Assembly: GCA_049513575.1 (NCBI GenBank)
Contig: JBEKVZ010000002.1
Span: forward strand, 196,774-260,773
Direction: 5' to 3'
Source of the DNA: Gemmatimonadales bacterium
GTDB lineage: Bacteria > Gemmatimonadota > Gemmatimonadetes > Gemmatimonadales > JACORV01
Length of the DNA stretch: 64,000 nucleotides
Translations under genes and position numbers: made by a program
Notes under the pieces: generated by a model
Databases searched by the model: none
What the model saw: only the letters and a program-made list of their open reading frames with translations
Told to the model about the DNA's origin: nothing
Shown here: positions 30,980 through 41,004 of the stretch, piece after piece
How positions within the stretch are numbered: position 1 is the stretch's first letter
How the letters are laid out: every line of letters begins with the position of its first letter

Positions 30980-32098
30980 ATGACCACGCCTCTGCGTCTC
31001 GTTGCGGCCGTTGCCCTGGCGGCGTTGGCCGCCACGTGCCGCGGCGCTCCCGTGGCCGCGCCCGCCGCCTTCCCGCAGCTGGACAGCGCCGCCGCGTCTT
31101 CCTTCGCGCGGCTCGCCTTGAAGAGCATCACGCGCGAGTACCCCAACAAGCTGGACCACGTGATGAACGGGCCCGGGGACGTGCTGGGCCCGCGCCAGCT
31201 CCACCCCAGCTTCTTCGGCAGCTACGACTGGCACTCCTCGGTGCACGGCCACTGGATGCTGGTGCGCTTGCTCAGGGTGCGTCCCATGCTGCCGGAGGCG
31301 GCCGAGATCCGCCGCGCGCTCGATGCCGATCTTTCGGCGCCCGCCCTGGCGAAGGAGGCGGCCTACTTCGGGCGTCCGGGCTCGGCGTCGTTCGAGCGGA
31401 TGTACGGCTGGGCCTGGGTGCTCAAGCTGGCCCAGGAGCTGCACGGCTGGGACGACCCTGACGGCCGCCGCTGGGCGGCCGACCTCCAGCCGTTGGCCGA
31501 CTCGATCGTCAAGCGCTATCTGGCCTTCCTGCCGAAGCAGGCGTACCCCATCCGGCGCGGCGTGCATCCCAACACCGCCTTCGGCATGGCGTTCGCGCTG
31601 GACTACGCGCGGGCGGTGGGCCGGACCGACCTGGACTCGCTGCTGGTGGAGCGGAGCCGGACCTACTTCGGGGACGACGTGAACGTGCCCGCGGAGTGGG
31701 AGCCCGACGGCGACGACTTCCTCTCGCGCTCGCTCGTCGAGGCGGACCTGATGCGGCGGGTGCTGCCGGCGCCGGCGTTCGCGCGCTGGTTTCATGCGTT
31801 CCTGCCGGGCATCGGCCGGGGCGAGCCGGCCAACTTGCTGCAGCCCGCCAAGGTGACCGACCGGGGCGACCCGGGGCTGGTGCACCTGGACGGGCTCAAC
31901 CTCAGCCGCGCCTGGTGCATGCGGGCCGTCGCCGCCGCGCTGCCTCCCTCAGATCCTGATCGCCCGATCCTGCTTGCCTCGGCGGCACGACAGGCCGAGG
32001 CCTCGCTGCCTTATGTCGCCAGCGGCAACTACCTGGGCGAGCACTGGCTGGCGTCGTTCGCCGTCTACATGCTGACCGAGACCGACTCGACGCATTGA
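30980..32098 (+). CDS. DUF2891-family secreted protein
   Basis: The ATG at 30980 gives a signal peptide. ITREYPNKLDHVMNGPGDV..P..LHPSFFGSYDWHSSVHGHWMLVRLLR is typical of DUF2891. Confidence 0.75.
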   Translation: MTTPLRLVAAVALAALAATCRGAPVAAPAAFPQLDSAAASSFARLALKSITREYPNKLDHVMNGPGDVLGPRQLHPSFFGSYDWHSSVHGHWMLVRLLRVRPMLPEAAEIRRALDADLSAPALAKEAAYFGRPGSASFERMYGWAWVLKLAQELHGWDDPDGRRWAADLQPLADSIVKRYLAFLPKQAYPIRRGVHPNTAFGMAFALDYARAVGRTDLDSLLVERSRTYFGDDVNVPAEWEPDGDDFLSRSLVEADLMRRVLPAPAFARWFHAFLPGIGRGEPANLLQPAKVTDRGDPGLVHLDGLNLSRAWCMRAVAAALPPSDPDRPILLASAARQAEASLPYVASGNYLGEHWLASFAVYMLTETDSTH

Positions 32099-32249
32099 GC
32101 GTGAGGTACGGACGCCCACACGAAAGCCGGGACATCGGCTCGCCGGGCTGCGCCCGGCGCCGGCCGCACGCGTCAAATCCCGCCGTCCCGACCAGGGAAG
32201 CTCAGAACTCGCGGCGAGCCGCGGGGTCTGATTCGTTTCGCTTCCGTCT

Positions 32250-34181
32250 CTACCCTTCTCCGCTCAGGGCCCCCCATGCCGCGAACGCCGTCTCGAGGGC
32301 CCGCTGCGCCGCCTCCAGGTCCCTGCCGAGCGCCGCCGCCTGCCGCACCCCGTCGCCGGTGAGATAGAGCTCAGGGTCCGCCAGCGCCGCCTGGAGCCGC
32401 TGTACCTCGGCGTCGACCCGGGTCACCTCCGCCTCGGCTTGCTCGAGGGCGCGGCGCGCCGAGCGCTGGACCGATTCCTCGCGCTTGCGCGTGTCCTGCC
32501 CACGGCGCATCTCGCGTTGCTCCTTCACCCGCCGCAAGGCCTCCTCCTCCTGCGCCGCTACGCGCGCGGCGTGCGCGCGCTCGGCGCTGGCCGCCTCCCA
32601 CTCCGCGAACGTGCCGGGGAAGTCGGTGATGTGCCCGCCGTACAGCACCCAGACGCGCGTCGCCAGCGCCCGAAGCAGCGCACGGTCGTGGCTCACCAGG
32701 ACCACGGTGCCGTCGAATCCCTCGATCGCCTCCTCGAGCGCTTCGATGGACTCCACGTCCAGGTGATTGGTCGGTTCGTCGAAGGCGAGCAGGTTGGCGC
32801 CGTCGAGCTCCATCAGCGCCAGCGCAATCCGGGCCCGCTCGCCGCCCGAGAGCGCCCCGCACCGGCGCAGCACCGAGTCTCCCGAGAACCCGTAACGCCC
32901 GAGGTGGCCCTGCACCTGCCCGCGCGTCCAGTGGGTTCGCCGATCCGCGATCGCGTCGAACAGCGTCTTCTCTTCGGGCACCTGCGCGAGGTCCTGGCGG
33001 TAGTGCGCGAGCGTGACCGAATCGGGCAGACGCACCGTGCCCGCTTCGGGGGCGCGCTCCCCCGTGAACACTTTGAGGAGCGTGGTCTTGCCTGCACCGT
33101 TGGCTCCGATCAGCCCCACCACCTCGCCGCGTCGCACGGTCGCGCCGAAGCCGTCGAGCAGCACCCGCGGGCCGAATGCGATGCGCACACCCTCCGCGAC
33201 GAGCACCTGATCACCGCCGCGCTCACGCGCCTCAAGTCGAACGGCCATCACGTCGTCCTCGCCCGGCGGCGGCCCGAGCCGCGGCAGACGTGCCAGCCGC
33301 TTCTGTCGCCCCACCGCCTGGCGGCTGTTCTGCCCCGCGATGTTGCGGCGAATGTAGTCCTCCTCCTTGGCGATCTTCGACGCCTGTTGCCGGTACGCGC
33401 GCTGAGCGGCGAGCCGGCGCTCGGCGTGCTGGGCGACGAAGGCCGAGTAGCCCGCGGCATAGACGGCCGCGGTGCGCCCTTCGAGGTGCAGGATGTGATC
33501 GGCGAACGCCTCGAGGAGCGCGCGGTCGTGCGTGATGAGGAGGACGGCCGCGTCGAGGGCGCGCAGATACCCCTCCAGCCACAGCGTGGTCTCGAGGTCG
33601 AGGTGGTTGGTGGGCTCGTCGAGGAGCAGCAGGTCAGCCGGGGCCGCGATCTGGCGGGCCAGGGCCACGCGGCCGCGCTCGCCGCCGCTCAGGGTCGCGA
33701 GCGAGCGCGTGCGGGAGGCGTCCGGGTCGAAGCCGAGGCCGTGCAGGACGGCGTCAACCCGCGCCGCGGCCCCGTAGCCGCCCTCGCGCTCGAACCGGTG
33801 CAGGTCGCGGTCGTATCGCTCCAGCATCGCCGGCATCACCGCATCCCCCGCCTCGGCCATTCCCGCGGCCTGCTCCGCGAGCGAGTGCTCGAGCGCGAAC
33901 AGGTCGGCGAAGGCGCCCGCGGCCGCCTCCCACACCGTCGCCGCGTCGCCGAAATCGCGGTACTGGTCCATCACCGTGATGCGCAGCCCGGCGGAACGCA
34001 CAACAGCGCCGCTCGAGGGGGCCAGGTCTCCGCGGATCAGGTTGAGGATCGTTGTCTTCCCGGAGCCATTGCGCCCCAGGATGCCCCAGCGCTCGCCGCG
34101 GCTCACCACGAAACTCACGTCCCGCAGCAGCTCCCGGGCGCCGAAGCGCACCGCGACACCGGCCATCGACACCAGGGTCAT
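32250..34181 (-). CDS. ABC-F family ATPase (Uup/YheS-like)
   Basis: Two Walker A motifs (GRNGSGKTT, GANGAGKTT), two LSGGE signatures, no TM segments, and a charged coiled-coil C-terminus. Confidence 0.9.
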   Translation of the reverse strand: MTLVSMAGVAVRFGARELLRDVSFVVSRGERWGILGRNGSGKTTILNLIRGDLAPSSGAVVRSAGLRITVMDQYRDFGDAATVWEAAAGAFADLFALEHSLAEQAAGMAEAGDAVMPAMLERYDRDLHRFEREGGYGAAARVDAVLHGLGFDPDASRTRSLATLSGGERGRVALARQIAAPADLLLLDEPTNHLDLETTLWLEGYLRALDAAVLLITHDRALLEAFADHILHLEGRTAAVYAAGYSAFVAQHAERRLAAQRAYRQQASKIAKEEDYIRRNIAGQNSRQAVGRQKRLARLPRLGPPPGEDDVMAVRLEARERGGDQVLVAEGVRIAFGPRVLLDGFGATVRRGEVVGLIGANGAGKTTLLKVFTGERAPEAGTVRLPDSVTLAHYRQDLAQVPEEKTLFDAIADRRTHWTRGQVQGHLGRYGFSGDSVLRRCGALSGGERARIALALMELDGANLLAFDEPTNHLDVESIEALEEAIEGFDGTVVLVSHDRALLRALATRVWVLYGGHITDFPGTFAEWEAASAERAHAARVAAQEEEALRRVKEQREMRRGQDTRKREESVQRSARRALEQAEAEVTRVDAEVQRLQAALADPELYLTGDGVRQAAALGRDLEAAQRALETAFAAWGALSGEG

Positions 34182-34408
34182 CGCGCGGCGGCTCCGACCA
34201 CGGAACAGATCGGTGGTGGCAAAGCGCGGGAGTGGCGCCGGACGCTGGGTTGCACGCCGGAGAATCTAGCGGGAGCCGCTCAGGGCGCTCTGATGCGCAC
34301 CTCCGCTCGCCGCAGCGCCGATCTCGCCGGTTCTTCCCCGCCATCTCTTTACGGGTCGGAAGACCGGCGGCATACTAGCTGCCCAACCCTCTCGGTGAGG
34401 CCGTCACG

Positions 34409-35479
34409 GTGATCCGCCAGCTGCTCCCCCTTCTCGCCTTCGTCGCCGTCGCGTACGCCCCAGCCGGAGCCCGGCGCGCTCAGACCCCCTGCACGACCGC
34501 CACGCCCGAGTGTACGGAGTGGATCACGGTCGGCGGTGGGCCGGGACGCTCCCTCCTCTACCGCAGCTTCCCGCTGGACACGCGAAACGAGGCGATCACC
34601 CGCGTCGTGATCGTGGTGCACGGCGCCGGCCGGGACGCGGACAACTACTACCGCTCCGTCATGGCCGGGGCGTTCCTGGCGGGCGCGCTCCAGACCGCGC
34701 TCGTCATCTCCGCGCGCATGGCCTCCAACGACGGCAGAGAATGCCGCGACACACTCGCCGAGAACGAGATCAGCTGGAACTGCGATACCTGGCGATCCGG
34801 TGGTCCCTCACTCAGCCACCCGGCCGTGACCTCGTTCGACTTCCTCGACGAGATCCTGCGGAAGGTGGCACGCCGAGAGGTGTTCCCGAACCTGAAGGGG
34901 ATCGTCGTCACGGGCCATTCGGCAGGAGGCCAGGTCACGAACCGCTATGGAATGTCCAGCAAGGTCTACGACGCGCTCGACGTTCCGGTGCAATTCGTGG
35001 TGGCGAATCCGTCCAGCTACGCCTGGCCCACCGACGAGCGGCCCACCGGCCCGGCCGCCTGGCCGCTCCAGGCCGGAGCGCCGGGGTACGTCCCCGCGCT
35101 GCCGGCCGACGCGCCGGCCTTCCGGTCGCTGCGGGACGGGGGCGGCTGCACGATCTACGACCAGTGGCCGTATGGGTTCAAGAACCGCACCGGCTACACC
35201 GCCGCCATCCCCGACTCGCAACTGACGCGGCAACTCGTCTCGCGCCCCGTCACCTACTTCCTCGGCGAGGACGACGTCCTGCCGCTCAGCGGCTTCGACG
35301 GCTCGTGCGCTGCCATGGCTCAGGGCCCGACCAGACAGGCGCGCGGCCAGGCGTACGCGAAGTACATCAACGAGAAACTCGGCGGGCATCACCAGGTGGT
35401 CGTCGTCACCGGGTGCGGGCACAACGGGCGCTGCATCTACACCTCGGAGCCCTGGCTCAAGATCGCCTTCGCGCCCTAG
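34409..35479 (+). CDS. Secreted alpha/beta-hydrolase-fold protein
   Basis: GTG start and signal peptide. VIVVHGAGRDAD and the nucleophile elbow GHSAGGQ are present. Confidence 0.65.
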   Translation: MIRQLLPLLAFVAVAYAPAGARRAQTPCTTATPECTEWITVGGGPGRSLLYRSFPLDTRNEAITRVVIVVHGAGRDADNYYRSVMAGAFLAGALQTALVISARMASNDGRECRDTLAENEISWNCDTWRSGGPSLSHPAVTSFDFLDEILRKVARREVFPNLKGIVVTGHSAGGQVTNRYGMSSKVYDALDVPVQFVVANPSSYAWPTDERPTGPAAWPLQAGAPGYVPALPADAPAFRSLRDGGGCTIYDQWPYGFKNRTGYTAAIPDSQLTRQLVSRPVTYFLGEDDVLPLSGFDGSCAAMAQGPTRQARGQAYAKYINEKLGGHHQVVVVTGCGHNGRCIYTSEPWLKIAFAP

Positions 35480-35530
35480 CGCGCGGGTGCCGGGGGTGCC
35501 CGGCGACGCTCCTCCGAGTTGCACAGACCT

Positions 35531-38407
35531 TCACGGCGCCCGGATGCGCAGCTCCTCACCGGCGTAGTTGACGGTGCGGTCGGGCGTGAGGTCGAAGCTG
35601 AAGCCGGCGGGTCGCGCCGGAGAGACGAACACGACATGGAAGCTCCGGCGCGCCAACATGCCGGGGAACGAGCCCTCGCGCCGGCCGATGATCAGCGTGC
35701 GGCTGCGCTCGTCCCAGCGGAGCGGGATGCGGGCTGCCTGGCCGCGCTCGTAGCCGTAGCTGGCGCCGTCGTCCTCGTACAGCGAGAAGCGACCCGGGGC
35801 GCCCGTGTAGACGATGAGCGTGATGGGGTCGGCCGGCTTCTCGTCGGTGTACTGCAGCTCAGGTCCCACCGGCACGATCGAGCCGGCACGCACGTACACC
35901 GGGATGCGGTCGTACGGGGCGGCGGCCTGCACGGTCCGGCCGCCGGCCAGGCGCTGCCCGGTCCAGAAGTCGTACCAGGCCGCCCGCGGTGATTCCCAGG
36001 AGGGGGCAGGACCGTGCGGGCGGCGCGACGGACTGATACGCTGTGCGGGTGAACTCCTCCAGCGCGGCAGGTAGACGCGGCGGCTGCGCGCACGATACTC
36101 CGTCACCGGGTTGACCAGGAGCGCCGGGCCGAAGAGGTACTGGTCGGTCACCTCCCGGGCGACCGTGTCCGCCGGGAAGTCCATCACCAGCGGCCGCATC
36201 ATCGTGCTGCCATCCTGGGTGACTGCTCCGGCCACGGAGTAGACGTACGGGAGCAGGCGATAGCGGAGCCGATCCCAGTAGACCATGGCGCGATAGGCGG
36301 CCGTGCTGTCGCCGAATCTCGGGATCTCCCGCGCCGGCGGCGCCTCGCCGTGCGCCCGGAAGATGGGGACGAGAGAACCGAACTCGGTCCAGCGCGCGCT
36401 CAGCTCCCGCCACTCCTCGGCATCCGCCGGCGCCATGGGCTCGGCGCGGAACCGCGGCTGCGGCCAGTAGCCGCCGATGTCCATGCTCCAGTACGGAATG
36501 CCGCTGATCGAGAAGCCCATGCCGGCCGCAATCTGCTTGCGCATCGCCGGCCACGCCGAGGCGATGTCGCCCGACCAGATGGCCGCGCCGTAGCGCTGCA
36601 GCCCGGCGAACGCGGATCGCGTCAGGATCGCGACCCGGCGATCCGGCGCCGCCTCGCGCTGGCCCTCGTAGATGCCGCCGACCTGCTCGAGCGAATAGGC
36701 GTTGAGCATCCGCGCGCCCGAGGCCAGCGCCGTCGGGTTGATGGCCTCGCGCTGCTTCTCCAGGTCCCAGGACGGCAGGATGTCGGGCTCGGTGGCATCC
36801 AGCCACCACGCATCCACGCCCTTGTCGAACAGCGCGGGGCGGAGCTGGTCCCAGAAGAGCCTGCGCGCGGCCGGGTTGAAGGCGTCGTAGAAGGTGTAGC
36901 GGTATCCGAGCCAGTCCTTCACGCTGTCCCGCAGCAGGACCTGGTAGAGGAACCCGCGCGAGCGCATCTCCTGCGCGTTGCGGGTGTCCGGATAGAACTT
37001 CCCCCACACCGAGATCAGGAGCCGCGCGTGACGGTCGTGGATGGCGCGGATCCAGCCCGGAGCGTCGGGGAAGCGCGTCGAATCGAACTCGTGCGAGCCC
37101 CACTCGTCCGGCTTCCAGTACATGAAGTCCTGGACGATCACGTCGAGCGGGATCCCACGGCGCCGGAACTCGTCGATGGCGTCCAGGCTCTGCTGCGACG
37201 TGGCGTAGCGGTTGCGGCTCTGCCAGTAGCCGAATGCGTATCGGGGCGGCATCGCCGCCCGGCCCGTGACCCGGCGGTAGCCGGCGATCACGCGGTCGAG
37301 CTGCGGGCCGTAGAGGAAGTAATAGTCCACCCCGTCGCCGACCTCCGACCAGAGCGACGTGTTCGCCGTCGCGGCCGGCGTCTTCCACTTGAGCTGCACC
37401 GTCTCCGCCTCGCCCTCGACGTCCGCGTACTCGAGGCGCACGCGGTAGCGCCTCCCCGCGCTTAGCCGCACCCGGGCGACGCCGCGCCACGGCAGCCACC
37501 AGGAACGCCAGTCGTCCACGACGAGCTTGCCGTCCACCCAGAGCTTCACCGCCTCGTTCGCGAACAGCTCGATCTGGTAGGTCCCTGCGGCGCGTGGCGC
37601 GATCCACCCCTCCCAACGCGCGCTCACGGGGCCGCGCGCGGGCAGCGCCGGATGGAGCCGGACGGCCGGATCGGTCTTGTCGCTCGGCGTGGCGAACAGG
37701 ATCGCGGAATCCACGCGCGTGCCGACGGCGCTATCGAAGGCCGCGCCGGCGTAGTAAGTACCGCTCAGCCCGCCCGGCCGGCCGTCACGGTCGAGCAGCT
37801 CCGCGGCGGGGATCGGCTCGAACGGCCTGAGATCGCCGAAGCGGGTAAACGATGTGTTGTCCCAGAAGATGCCGTACCCTCGGCTCGACACGAAGACGGG
37901 CACGACCTCGGAGGTGTTGCGCTGCCAGAGGTCGAGGTCGTAGCCCTTGAGATCCATCAGGCCTTCCTGCCGCTGCCCCAGGCCGTAGAGCGCCTCGCCA
38001 GCGTTCGCCTGCCAGACCTGGCGCACGTGGTACGTGCGCTCGCCCTGGACCTCGGCAGGCGTCAGCTCACGGCCACCGGCCACTTCCGCCACGATCCGCT
38101 TTCCGCGCGCGTCGTAGAAGGCGACGGCCCCGGTCGCTCGCGAGACCCGCACCGACAGGCGGCCCGTCTCGATCCGGATCTCGTCGCCGACGCGCACCGC
38201 TTTCCAGGGCACCTGCTCCACGGCGCGTTCGCCCGCGGCGAGACTCTTCCGGGCGAAGAAGGCGCTGTCGGGCGCGAACGCCACCCGGATCAGGTCCGCG
38301 GCCACGACCTCGATCTTGAGGAAGCCGCCGGCGACGGGGATGACGACGCCGTCGGGAGCGGCCGGCCGCAGGGCGAGCATCAACGCGCAGACCAGTGAGG
38401 AGATCAC
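35531..38407 (-). CDS. GH31 glycoside hydrolase with PA14-like insertion (alpha-xylosidase/alpha-glucosidase-like)
   Basis: VDAWWLDATEPD, WSGDI and related motifs. A PA14-like segment (GLSGTYYAGAAFDS...). The GTG start overlaps the upstream GH31 stop. Confidence 0.85.
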   Translation of the reverse strand: MISSLVCALMLALRPAAPDGVVIPVAGGFLKIEVVAADLIRVAFAPDSAFFARKSLAAGERAVEQVPWKAVRVGDEIRIETGRLSVRVSRATGAVAFYDARGKRIVAEVAGGRELTPAEVQGERTYHVRQVWQANAGEALYGLGQRQEGLMDLKGYDLDLWQRNTSEVVPVFVSSRGYGIFWDNTSFTRFGDLRPFEPIPAAELLDRDGRPGGLSGTYYAGAAFDSAVGTRVDSAILFATPSDKTDPAVRLHPALPARGPVSARWEGWIAPRAAGTYQIELFANEAVKLWVDGKLVVDDWRSWWLPWRGVARVRLSAGRRYRVRLEYADVEGEAETVQLKWKTPAATANTSLWSEVGDGVDYYFLYGPQLDRVIAGYRRVTGRAAMPPRYAFGYWQSRNRYATSQQSLDAIDEFRRRGIPLDVIVQDFMYWKPDEWGSHEFDSTRFPDAPGWIRAIHDRHARLLISVWGKFYPDTRNAQEMRSRGFLYQVLLRDSVKDWLGYRYTFYDAFNPAARRLFWDQLRPALFDKGVDAWWLDATEPDILPSWDLEKQREAINPTALASGARMLNAYSLEQVGGIYEGQREAAPDRRVAILTRSAFAGLQRYGAAIWSGDIASAWPAMRKQIAAGMGFSISGIPYWSMDIGGYWPQPRFRAEPMAPADAEEWRELSARWTEFGSLVPIFRAHGEAPPAREIPRFGDSTAAYRAMVYWDRLRYRLLPYVYSVAGAVTQDGSTMMRPLVMDFPADTVAREVTDQYLFGPALLVNPVTEYRARSRRVYLPRWRSSPAQRISPSRRPHGPAPSWESPRAAWYDFWTGQRLAGGRTVQAAAPYDRIPVYVRAGSIVPVGPELQYTDEKPADPITLIVYTGAPGRFSLYEDDGASYGYERGQAARIPLRWDERSRTLIIGRREGSFPGMLARRSFHVVFVSPARPAGFSFDLTPDRTVNYAGEELRIRAP

Positions 38408-40989
38408 TGGTCCAGGTGCCGCAGCACCCTGCGGATCACTGTGGTGTCGCCCTTCATCTGCGGCAGCGTGCGCAGCACGTCGGGCAGCTGCTCCCGGAAG
38501 CGCCGCAGCTCCGCCGCCGCCGAGTCCGGGTGCAGTGCGAGGCGCCGCCCGGTCTGAGCCAGCGTGACGTACGCATCGGACGGCCAGTCCGCCGGCCAGA
38601 GCGCCTCCAGCATGGTCATCCCGCGCTTGAGCCGCAGCAGCCGGCCGCTCGCGCCGTCCAGCAGCGCGTCCTCCGCGCCGGCGGGCTGCTCCACCACCAG
38701 CTCCTTGCGGGTGGAGACGTCGGCCCTGGGCAGCGACACGATGGTGGTGAGATTATCCCCGTCGTAGTGCCAGCCGGGCGCCGATCCGTCTGCACGGTAC
38801 GGGACGTCCGCGCCCATCCAGGTCACGCGCGCTGGCGGCCACGTCCCGCGCAGCCGCACCTCGTACGCGCGCCCCTGCAACATTCCCGGGAAGGATCCCT
38901 CCACCGGCGCGATCGTGAGCGCGATGGTGGCGCCGCTTCGCCGCTCAAGCACCGGCGTGAAGGTGTACGCGGCGTTCTGGTATCCCTCCGAGTCGCCCGC
39001 ATCCTCGTAGATGCGCGCGCTCCCGGAATCGCCTGGGAAGACGTCCAGGATGAGCGGATCCACCGGCCGCGCGTCGCTCCGCTCCATCCTGGGCTGCAGC
39101 GGCAGGATGGCGCCGGCCCGCACGTACACCGGCAGCTCATCGAGCGCGAATGACCGCTCCAGCACCTGCGGACCGCGCAGCCGCGCTCCGCTGGACCACT
39201 CGACCCAGTCGCCCGGCGGGAGCCACAGCCGCTGGCGCGCGAGAGCGCTGGAGCTGTCCATCGGCGCGACCACGGGACTCACCACCAGGTCCTGGCCGAA
39301 GCGGTACTCGTCGGGGAACGCGTACGCCTGATCCGCGTCCGGCCAGTCGTAGTAAAGCGGGTGCACCACGGACACCCCGCTGTCGTAGGCGCGCCGCGAG
39401 GCGGTGTAGATGTAGGGGATCAGCGCGTAGCGGAGCTGGAACGCGTCCCGCATCACGTCCGCGAACTCGGCAGGATACGCCCAGATGCGGCGCTCCGCAT
39501 TCGCGTTCTTGGTGGTGTGGGTGCGCAGGATCGGGCTGAAGATCCCGAACTGGATCCAGCGCGTGTAGAGCTCGGGCGCGACAGGCCCGGGAATGTGCCC
39601 GCCGATGTCGTGGCTCCAGTAGCCGAAGCCCACGTTGGCGGCGGTGGCCGTGAAGTACGTCTCGAAGGCCAGCGCCTGCCAGGTGGAGAGCATGTCCCCC
39701 GAGAAGCCGATCTGATAGCGGTGATTGCCGAGGCCGCCCCAGCGGTGGAAGATCAGCGGCCGGTGCCGGCCCTGCCGCTCCATGTCGGTGAACAAGACGT
39801 AGTTCAGCCACCACGTGGGGTTGAGGCCCGGGATCGAGGTGTTGCCCCACGCCTGCCAGTCCAGCCACCAGAAGTCCACGCCCTGCCGCTCGAGGGGGCG
39901 GATCACGGTGGTGAAGTACGCCTCCGCGAAGTGCTTGTCCTCGATCCGGAACGGCACGTACTGCTTGCTGGCCGGATCGATCCCCATCGCCCGCGCCATC
40001 GCCGGATACTGCGCCTCGTGCGGCTGGATGCCGGAGGCCGGGTGCAGATTGAGGGTGGTCTTGAGCCCCTGCGCTTGGGTCCAGCCGAGTAGGGCGTCGG
40101 GATCCGGGAAGTAGGCGCGGTCCCAGGTGTAGCCGGTCCAACCCAGCGACTGCCCCGCCTGGTCCCTGGGCTGGCCCTCCCAGCGCAGCTCGAAGGTGTT
40201 GTGCCAGTCCATGTCGATGACCAGCACGTCCAGCGGCACGTCGTAGCGGTGGAAGTCCTCGACCAGCTGCTGCTCCTCCGCGTCTGTATACGCCCAGTAG
40301 CGCGACCACCACGCGCCGAAGGCGAAGCGCGGCGGCATCGGGATCTTCCCGGCCACGCGCGTGAAGTCCGCGAGCGCGCGGCGGTAGGCGTGGCCGTAGC
40401 CGAAGAAGTACCAGTCCTGCCGCTCTGCCGCTGCGCGTTGCACCACCCACGGCCACGGACTCGCGTCGAAGAGCGGGCGCTCCGAGTCGTCCACCAGCGC
40501 CCAGCCGTCGCGCGAGAGCAGCCCCTCCTCGAGCGGCACCGCGCCGTGCGCGCCGTCCAGCGTGCGGGCCGTGCCCTTGAGGTTCGCCGTGTCCGACGCT
40601 CCGGGCCGCCACGTCACCGTCGAGTCCGCGTTCTTGAGCGCGATGCTCAGGTTCTCCGGGCCGAAGCGGCCGCTGCCGCGGCGGTAGCGGAGCTGCAGCG
40701 CCTGGGTCGTGATCACCAGCCAGCCGCGCTCTACCCGTTTCGTGAACTGGACGGGCGGCGTGCGCCGGTTCAGGAACACGAGCGAGGCCCGGTCCTCGAA
40801 GCGGCCGTCCGCGGCCCACTCGAGGCGGATCAGCTGGGGAGTCAGCACCGTGAGACGGACGTTGCCGTCCACCACCACGTTGCGCGCTTCCGCGACCGGA
40901 TCCGCCTTCGCCTCGACCTGGGCATGCAGTGGCGTCGAGGCGAGGAAGGGTGCGGCCGCGAGCAAGAGTCTGCGGATGGCGGTCTTCAT
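38404..40989 (-). CDS. GH31 glycoside hydrolase, secreted
   Basis: Signal peptide, GVDFWWLDWQ, IGFSGDMLSTWQ and FTATAANVGFGYWSHDIGGH motifs. Confidence 0.85.
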   Translation of the reverse strand: MKTAIRRLLLAAAPFLASTPLHAQVEAKADPVAEARNVVVDGNVRLTVLTPQLIRLEWAADGRFEDRASLVFLNRRTPPVQFTKRVERGWLVITTQALQLRYRRGSGRFGPENLSIALKNADSTVTWRPGASDTANLKGTARTLDGAHGAVPLEEGLLSRDGWALVDDSERPLFDASPWPWVVQRAAAERQDWYFFGYGHAYRRALADFTRVAGKIPMPPRFAFGAWWSRYWAYTDAEEQQLVEDFHRYDVPLDVLVIDMDWHNTFELRWEGQPRDQAGQSLGWTGYTWDRAYFPDPDALLGWTQAQGLKTTLNLHPASGIQPHEAQYPAMARAMGIDPASKQYVPFRIEDKHFAEAYFTTVIRPLERQGVDFWWLDWQAWGNTSIPGLNPTWWLNYVLFTDMERQGRHRPLIFHRWGGLGNHRYQIGFSGDMLSTWQALAFETYFTATAANVGFGYWSHDIGGHIPGPVAPELYTRWIQFGIFSPILRTHTTKNANAERRIWAYPAEFADVMRDAFQLRYALIPYIYTASRRAYDSGVSVVHPLYYDWPDADQAYAFPDEYRFGQDLVVSPVVAPMDSSSALARQRLWLPPGDWVEWSSGARLRGPQVLERSFALDELPVYVRAGAILPLQPRMERSDARPVDPLILDVFPGDSGSARIYEDAGDSEGYQNAAYTFTPVLERRSGATIALTIAPVEGSFPGMLQGRAYEVRLRGTWPPARVTWMGADVPYRADGSAPGWHYDGDNLTTIVSLPRADVSTRKELVVEQPAGAEDALLDGASGRLLRLKRGMTMLEALWPADWPSDAYVTLAQTGRRLALHPDSAAAELRRFREQLPDVLRTLPQMKGDTTVIRRVLRHLDQ

Positions 40990-41004
40990 AGGGCGTCCCC
41001 TCGC

